A stretch of 20,000 bases of DNA from an uncultured virus (IMG/VR IMGVR_UViG_3300042507_001994) (taxonomy: Duplodnaviria; Heunggongvirae; Uroviricota; Caudoviricetes): IMG/VR virus record IMGVR_UViG_3300042507_001994; one strand, 5' to 3'. The translations under genes were made by a program, and so were the position numbers. The first letter of the stretch is position 1, and each line of letters begins with the position of its first letter. Below, one piece after another: positions 15,672-20,000 of this stretch. Below the pieces are notes generated by a model that saw nothing but the letters and a program-made list of their open reading frames with translations, did not search any database and was not told where the DNA came from.

Positions 15672-16684
15672 ATCGTTCTCCAGGTTACGCCTTTACCATT
15701 TCCGGCAGGCAAAGTTGACGGGTTTGTATATTTAGTACCAAAACCTGCGCTCCAAGGATAAACAGAAATAAATGGTGTAGTGGTGTGAGCCACTGCAATG
15801 TCAGCACCTGATGAAGAAAATGCTACGCCCAAACCATTTCCCGTAGGTAAAGTGGCTGGATTGGAGTATTTGGTTCCAAAACCCGAACTCCAAACCCAGG
15901 CGGAAATACGAGGTGACGTATCATGAGCAATAGCTATGTCTGCGCCTGATGGAGAAAATGCTATACCATTTCCGGTCCCAGTAGCCAAAGTTGACGGGTT
16001 TGTGTATTTAGTACCAAAACCTGAACTCCAGGGGTATACGGTAATATATGGATTATTGTTGTGAGTAACGGCTATATCCGCTCCAGAAGGAGAAAATGCT
16101 ACGCCATAACACTCACCCGTAGGTAAAGTGGCTGGGTTTGCATACTTTGTTCCAAAGCCCGAACTCCAAGGATAAACGGATATCCATGGTGTTGAACCAA
16201 AATGGCCTACTGCAATGTCCGCACCCGAGGGAGAAAATGCTACGCCCAAACCAGTTCCGGCAGGTGACGTGGCTGGGTTTGCGTATTTGGTGCCAAATCC
16301 AGAACTCCAAGGATAAACAGAAATAAATGGTGTAGTGGTGTGAGCCACTGCAATGTCAGCACCTGATGGAGAAAATGCCACCCCATTTCCAGTTCCGGTA
16401 GGTAACGTGGCTGGATCGGCGTATTTTGTGCCAAAGCCTGCGCTCCATGGGTAAACGGAGATAAAGGGTGTAGTGTCGTGAGCCACTGCAATGTCCGCAC
16501 CCGAGGGAGAAAATGCTACGCCCAAACCAGTTCCGGCAGGTAACGTGGCTGGATCGGAGTATTTGGTTCCAAACCCGCCACTCCATGGGTAAACGGAAAT
16601 AAAGGGTGAAGTGGCGTGAGCCACTGCAATATACGCAGTAGCAATAAATGCGCTTTCCCTTATTGCACGCGCAGCAAAAGTCAT
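15668..16684 (-). CDS. Seven-bladed beta-propeller (WD40-like) protein, 338 aa, candidate receptor-binding/tail accessory
   Basis: Seven ~46-aa repeats of IAVAHxxxPxISVYPWSxGFGTKYxxPATLPxGxGxGVAFSPSGAD. ATGA overlap with the tail fibre stop. Confidence 0.85.
   Translation of the reverse strand: MTFAARAIRESAFIATAYIAVAHATSPFISVYPWSGGFGTKYSDPATLPAGTGLGVAFSPSGADIAVAHDTTPFISVYPWSAGFGTKYADPATLPTGTGNGVAFSPSGADIAVAHTTTPFISVYPWSSGFGTKYANPATSPAGTGLGVAFSPSGADIAVGHFGSTPWISVYPWSSGFGTKYANPATLPTGECYGVAFSPSGADIAVTHNNNPYITVYPWSSGFGTKYTNPSTLATGTGNGIAFSPSGADIAIAHDTSPRISAWVWSSGFGTKYSNPATLPTGNGLGVAFSSSGADIAVAHTTTPFISVYPWSAGFGTKYTNPSTLPAGNGKGVTWRTI
15690..16632 (-). repeat. Tandem ~138-bp coding repeat, 7 units
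   Basis: Exact 64-bp match between 15750-15813 and 16305-16368 (offset 555 = 4x138+3). Exact 57-bp match between 16209-16265 and 16485-16541 (offset 276 = 2x138). Confidence 0.95.
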
Positions 16685-18201
16685 GCAAACCCCTTGGACA
16701 ACGAGGCGTACCAGAAACCCGTGGAACTCAGGTATGTGGCGACCAACAAATCAACCGAATTTGCCGCTGTGCTAAGCGTCCCCGCAAGGCCCCCCGGCCA
16801 CTTAAAGCTTGTCGGCCATGTCATTGTACGGCTGCCTGTCGCATCCTGAGTAATGAACCAGTTGATGGTCTGGCCGTTCCGTGGGTTGCTGATGGTCGGT
16901 GCGGTCGTGACGTTGGCGGTGAATGTGGTGGCAAACACATTGGACAAAGCACAATCCACCGTCATGGCCGTTGCGCTAAATGTCACTGTGACCGGCGTAG
17001 TCTGGGCACCTCCGGTAAACGTAGTCGCGCCTAAAGTTGGCGCTGTTGCCAGCACAATGCTGCCCGAACCTGTTACGTTTTGACCCAGCGCCGTTGCTAC
17101 GCCGGTTCCAAATGAGGTAATGCCCGTGCCGCCGCTGGCTACAGCCAAAGTCCCTGCAACGCTCACCGCGCCGTTTGTGGCTGTGCTAGGGGTTAGCCCG
17201 GTCGAACCAAAGCTGATTGTGGTGACGCCGCTTGCGGCAGGGGCCGTGCTCTGCCAAGTAGTGCCATTGCTGGTCAGGATATTGCCCGCTGTCCCAGGAG
17301 CTACCACTTGAAGCGCCGAGGTGCCGTTGCCTAGCAGGACGTTGTTCGCCGTCAGAGAAACTGCGCCTGTGCCGCCGTTGGCTACAGGCAGAGTGCCGGA
17401 GACATGTGTGGCGAGGCCCACTTTGCCCCAGGACGGAGCGACACCAATACCACCAGAGATCAAAACATTGCCCGTGGCTACATCGGCCAGCTTGGCAAGC
17501 GAGGTAGTGGTGTCTGCGTAGAGAAGATCCCCGACCGCGTAGCTGGTCTGTCCAGTGCCCCCCCGGGCCGCAGGCAATGTTCCAGTTGTGCCAGCATCAA
17601 TCGGCAAACCCGTCGCATTTGTCAACGTCACTGCCGAAGGCGTGCCAAGATTGGGCGTGACAAGGATTGGAGACGTCGCCAGCACGTTGTTTCCCGTGCC
17701 GGTATTTGTGACGCTGACGATCTGCTTGTTCGCATCCAGTGCCAGTGCCGTCGATGCCGTCAGGGCAGTAAGAGTCACATTGCCCGAAGCCGTCAGGTCC
17801 ACCACCGCCCCGAGCGTGACGAAGTCCGACCCGTTCCACGCCACCACCGCCATGCGCCCTGCGGGCACCACCACACCCGTCGTAGGGCCCACGCCGACGA
17901 TCTTGACCCCGAAGCCCCCAGTGGTGCCGTTGATGACCACGTATGCCTTGCTGGACGCCGGAGCCGTGATGGTGCGCTGCGCAGCCCGGGAGCCCGTGCA
18001 GTTGAGGATCATCTGCCTCGCCTGATCCGTCACCCCATTGGCTGTCGTCAACGTGACGTCAGCGTCGGTGGATAGGGTCGTCGTCCCAGCAATCGCCTGA
18101 TCCGTCAGGTCGATCATCCCGTTGCTGACGGTGGACCCCCAGCCCGTATCCCCCAGGCCAGGGTTAGAGAGGCGGAGGTTGGTGGTGAAGCTGGTTGGCA
18201 T
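16681..18201 (-). CDS. Tail fibre protein, 506 aa
   Basis: T/G/A-rich. N-terminal MPTSFTTNLRL...GWGSTVSNG anchor-type segment, three GTL(P/A)xAxGGTG fibre repeats, and C-terminal QDATGSRTMTWPTSFKWPGG...TLSTAANSVD domain. Confidence 0.8.
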   Translation of the reverse strand: MPTSFTTNLRLSNPGLGDTGWGSTVSNGMIDLTDQAIAGTTTLSTDADVTLTTANGVTDQARQMILNCTGSRAAQRTITAPASSKAYVVINGTTGGFGVKIVGVGPTTGVVVPAGRMAVVAWNGSDFVTLGAVVDLTASGNVTLTALTASTALALDANKQIVSVTNTGTGNNVLATSPILVTPNLGTPSAVTLTNATGLPIDAGTTGTLPAARGGTGQTSYAVGDLLYADTTTSLAKLADVATGNVLISGGIGVAPSWGKVGLATHVSGTLPVANGGTGAVSLTANNVLLGNGTSALQVVAPGTAGNILTSNGTTWQSTAPAASGVTTISFGSTGLTPSTATNGAVSVAGTLAVASGGTGITSFGTGVATALGQNVTGSGSIVLATAPTLGATTFTGGAQTTPVTVTFSATAMTVDCALSNVFATTFTANVTTAPTISNPRNGQTINWFITQDATGSRTMTWPTSFKWPGGLAGTLSTAANSVDLLVATYLSSTGFWYASLSKGFA

Positions 18202-18210
18202 AGGCGCCTC

Positions 18211-20000
18211 TCAAGTTTGAATCTGAACCCAGCCAGGGTTTTGAAAATCGTTGATGTCGGTCCAGTTTGGAACCTGCGTCGTCACCACGTTCTGCCAGCC
18301 GGGGCTCTGCGTTGAGTTCACTTCGACCCAGCCCGGAGCCTGCGCGTTCTGGACATTCTGCCAGTTCGGACTCTGGCTGTCATCTATTGGGTTCCAGAGG
18401 TAGCCGCCGACCACAAGGTCAGCAATCGTCCCGGAAGCACTGAAGGAGACGTTGAAGATCGACCCGGCTGCATCAACAGCATCAAGACCCGAGGCAAGCT
18501 CACTGAGCGAGACGTTGAAGATTGACGCCGCTACAGAAGGCGTGTCCAAGACCGAGGCCGTTTCGCTGACCGAGGAGACAAAGATCACCAGGGCACTAAG
18601 CGCATCCGTGCCTGTTGCAAGCTCTGAGACCGCCGTGGCAAAGATCATCTGCGCGGCCAGCGCGTCGGCTGCTGTGGCCGTGTCAGAGAAGGACGCTGGG
18701 AGTACCAAGGAGGCCGCAGGAGCGTCTGAAAGCGTTGCAGCATCACTCAGGGACACGCCGAAGGTTGAAGCGGCCACAGCGGGCGTATCCTGGCCCGTTG
18801 CAAGCTCAGAGACCGACGGATTAAAGATGGATGCGGCCACCGCGAACGCATCTAGGCCGCTCGCAAGCTCGGACACTGCCGTGGCAAATACCATTTGAGC
18901 GGATAGCGCATCTGAGCCCGTTGCCGTGTCGGAGAAGGCTACCGGGAAGATCGACGCGGCGGACAGCGCGTCGGAGCCCGTGGCGGTGTCGGAGAAGGAT
19001 GGGTTAAACGTTGATGCGGCAACCGCCGGCACATCAGAGGCTGTGACGGTGTCGGAGAACAGCCCCTGCATTACAAGGACGGCTGAAGCTGTGTCGGCCC
19101 CCGTAGCCGATTCAAAAACCGCTGCTGGGGCCGTCAGCAAAGCGACAGCGGTGTCTTGGCCGGCAGCGAGTTCGCTGACAAGAGCCCCGAAGGTAGAGGC
19201 CGCAACAGCAACCGCATCTGAGCCCGTGGACGTTTCGGCTATGGCAGCACTAAAGACAGCGATTGCAGCAAGCGCGTCTGCGCCCGTGGCAGATTCAAAA
19301 ATGTCTCTCGTGTAAATCAGGCTTCCGGCAATGCTGTCTGACGCTGTGACGGTGTCAGAGAAATCACAGCTATACAGCAGCCCGCCCAAAATGGTATCCG
19401 AGGCAGTGGCGGTATCGGAAACAGATGCGTTTAACGTGAGCGTGGTGGCAGCGGCATCCGAGCCTGTTGCTGTGTCAGAGAAAGAGACATTGAATGTTGT
19501 ACCGCCCGGGGCGGCAAAGATCCAGCCCAGCGAGCCGTTGTTGGTTGAGTTCGCCCCGGCGTACCATGTGCTGTCAAGGTTATAGGCACGAACCCCAGTG
19601 ATAGTCAGATAGTCAACGCTGGCAGCCTGCCCGCCGCCCGTGAAGACCAGCGTTCCAGGAGAGGAAGCTGATGTTCCTTGGACGGTGAGGATGTTGCCAG
19701 CAGTGCCAGAGGCAGTCCACGATGTTGTAATGCGCTGGGTGGTGGTGCCCATGTTGATGGTGTTGGCACCAGCGGCAGTGCTGCTGATGGTCTTGAAGGT
19801 GTTGTTGCCGGTGATGGTGAGCGTGCCGTTGCCGCCTTGGTTCAGGGTGATGTTGGTGTAGGCTACGTCGCCACCAGCGAAGGTCTTGGCAGATGCTGAG
19901 GTGAGGCTGATGGTGCCGGTGCCGGTGACGGTGAGGTTGGTGGGGGTGGCTGTGAATACAGCGCCAGAACCAGCAAAAGTCCAAGTACCAGAACCAAAAG
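18211..20000 (-). CDS. Repeat-rich virion/tail-associated protein (N-terminus beyond the right edge, >595 aa)
   Basis: The frame stays open upstream of the track start 19752 to the window edge (FGSGTWTFAGSGAVFTATPTNLTVTGTGTISLTSASAKTFAGG...). Beta-helix-like T/G/N region, then ~18 repeats of 19-20 aa, then Trp repeats. Confidence 0.8.
   Translation of the reverse strand, partial: FGSGTWTFAGSGAVFTATPTNLTVTGTGTISLTSASAKTFAGGDVAYTNITLNQGGNGTLTITGNNTFKTISSTAAGANTINMGTTTQRITTSWTASGTAGNILTVQGTSASSPGTLVFTGGGQAASVDYLTITGVRAYNLDSTWYAGANSTNNGSLGWIFAAPGGTTFNVSFSDTATGSDAAATTLTLNASVSDTATASDTILGGLLYSCDFSDTVTASDSIAGSLIYTRDIFESATGADALAAIAVFSAAIAETSTGSDAVAVAASTFGALVSELAAGQDTAVALLTAPAAVFESATGADTASAVLVMQGLFSDTVTASDVPAVAASTFNPSFSDTATGSDALSAASIFPVAFSDTATGSDALSAQMVFATAVSELASGLDAFAVAASIFNPSVSELATGQDTPAVAASTFGVSLSDAATLSDAPAASLVLPASFSDTATAADALAAQMIFATAVSELATGTDALSALVIFVSSVSETASVLDTPSVAASIFNVSLSELASGLDAVDAAGSIFNVSFSASGTIADLVVGGYLWNPIDDSQSPNWQNVQNAQAPGWVEVNSTQSPGWQNVVTTQVPNWTDINDFQNPGWVQIQT
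18214..18396 (-). repeat. C-terminal 11-aa Trp repeat, W-x6-Q-x-P-[NG]
   Basis: Six Trp codons exactly 33 bp apart: 18394, 18361, 18328, 18295, 18262, 18229. Confidence 0.9.
18420..19500 (-). repeat. 17-18 imperfect 19-20-aa coding repeats with core S[DE][TL]ATGxD
   Basis: SDTATGSD, SDTVTASD, FESATGAD, SELASGLD and similar cores, counted in translation. Confidence 0.9.

Noticed and set aside
15750..16541. Near-identical repeat pairs as a diversity-generating retroelement TR/VR
   Set aside because: Both copies are in-frame blades of one gene. The mismatches bordering the exact blocks are C/T on the coding strand rather than adenine-specific, and no reverse transcriptase is in the window.
15690..16632. 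Regular repeats as a CRISPR array
   Set aside because: The 138-bp period is a multiple of 3 and fully coding, with no unique spacers.
16853..19899. Numerous plus-strand Val/Pro/Ala ORFs over the tail genes
   Set aside because: Antisense shadows of Thr/Gly-rich fibre codons.
1..20000. Promoters, terminators, tRNAs, stop-codon reassignment
   Set aside because: No intergenic gap exceeds 9 nt, and no convincing hairpin plus U-tract or cloverleaf was seen. TAA, TGA and TAG all end genes at coupled junctions, consistent with the standard code.

Overview
The whole window is one tightly packed, minus-strand operon of a tailed dsDNA phage (or prophage). Genes overlap by 1-4 nt or are separated by <10 nt. 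The layout suggests a short-tailed (podovirus-like) phage of the uncultured aquatic type. In transcription order (right to left): a repeat-rich virion/tail protein entering from the right edge, a tail fibre, a low-GC 7-bladed beta-propeller plus small partner, a 33-codon cupin remnant, a four-gene lysis-like cluster (signal-peptide protein, 2-TM protein, 3TM-type holin, GH24 endolysin), a tail nozzle/stabilisation protein, a needle/spike-like protein, four probable internal (ejected) proteins, and a >1381-aa polyvalent protein that runs off the left edge and is missing from the ORF track. That protein carries ParB-like, HExxH zincin, degenerate ADP-ribosyltransferase-like and Cys-triad (GP88-like) domains. 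The most intriguing signal is a 17-aa double-AxGG motif shared by two unrelated internal proteins, one of which also carries a duplicated stand-alone copy of the domain typical of tape-measure C-termini; this may be a processing or sorting system for ejected proteins. All family assignments come from motif recognition by eye and recall; no searches were run.
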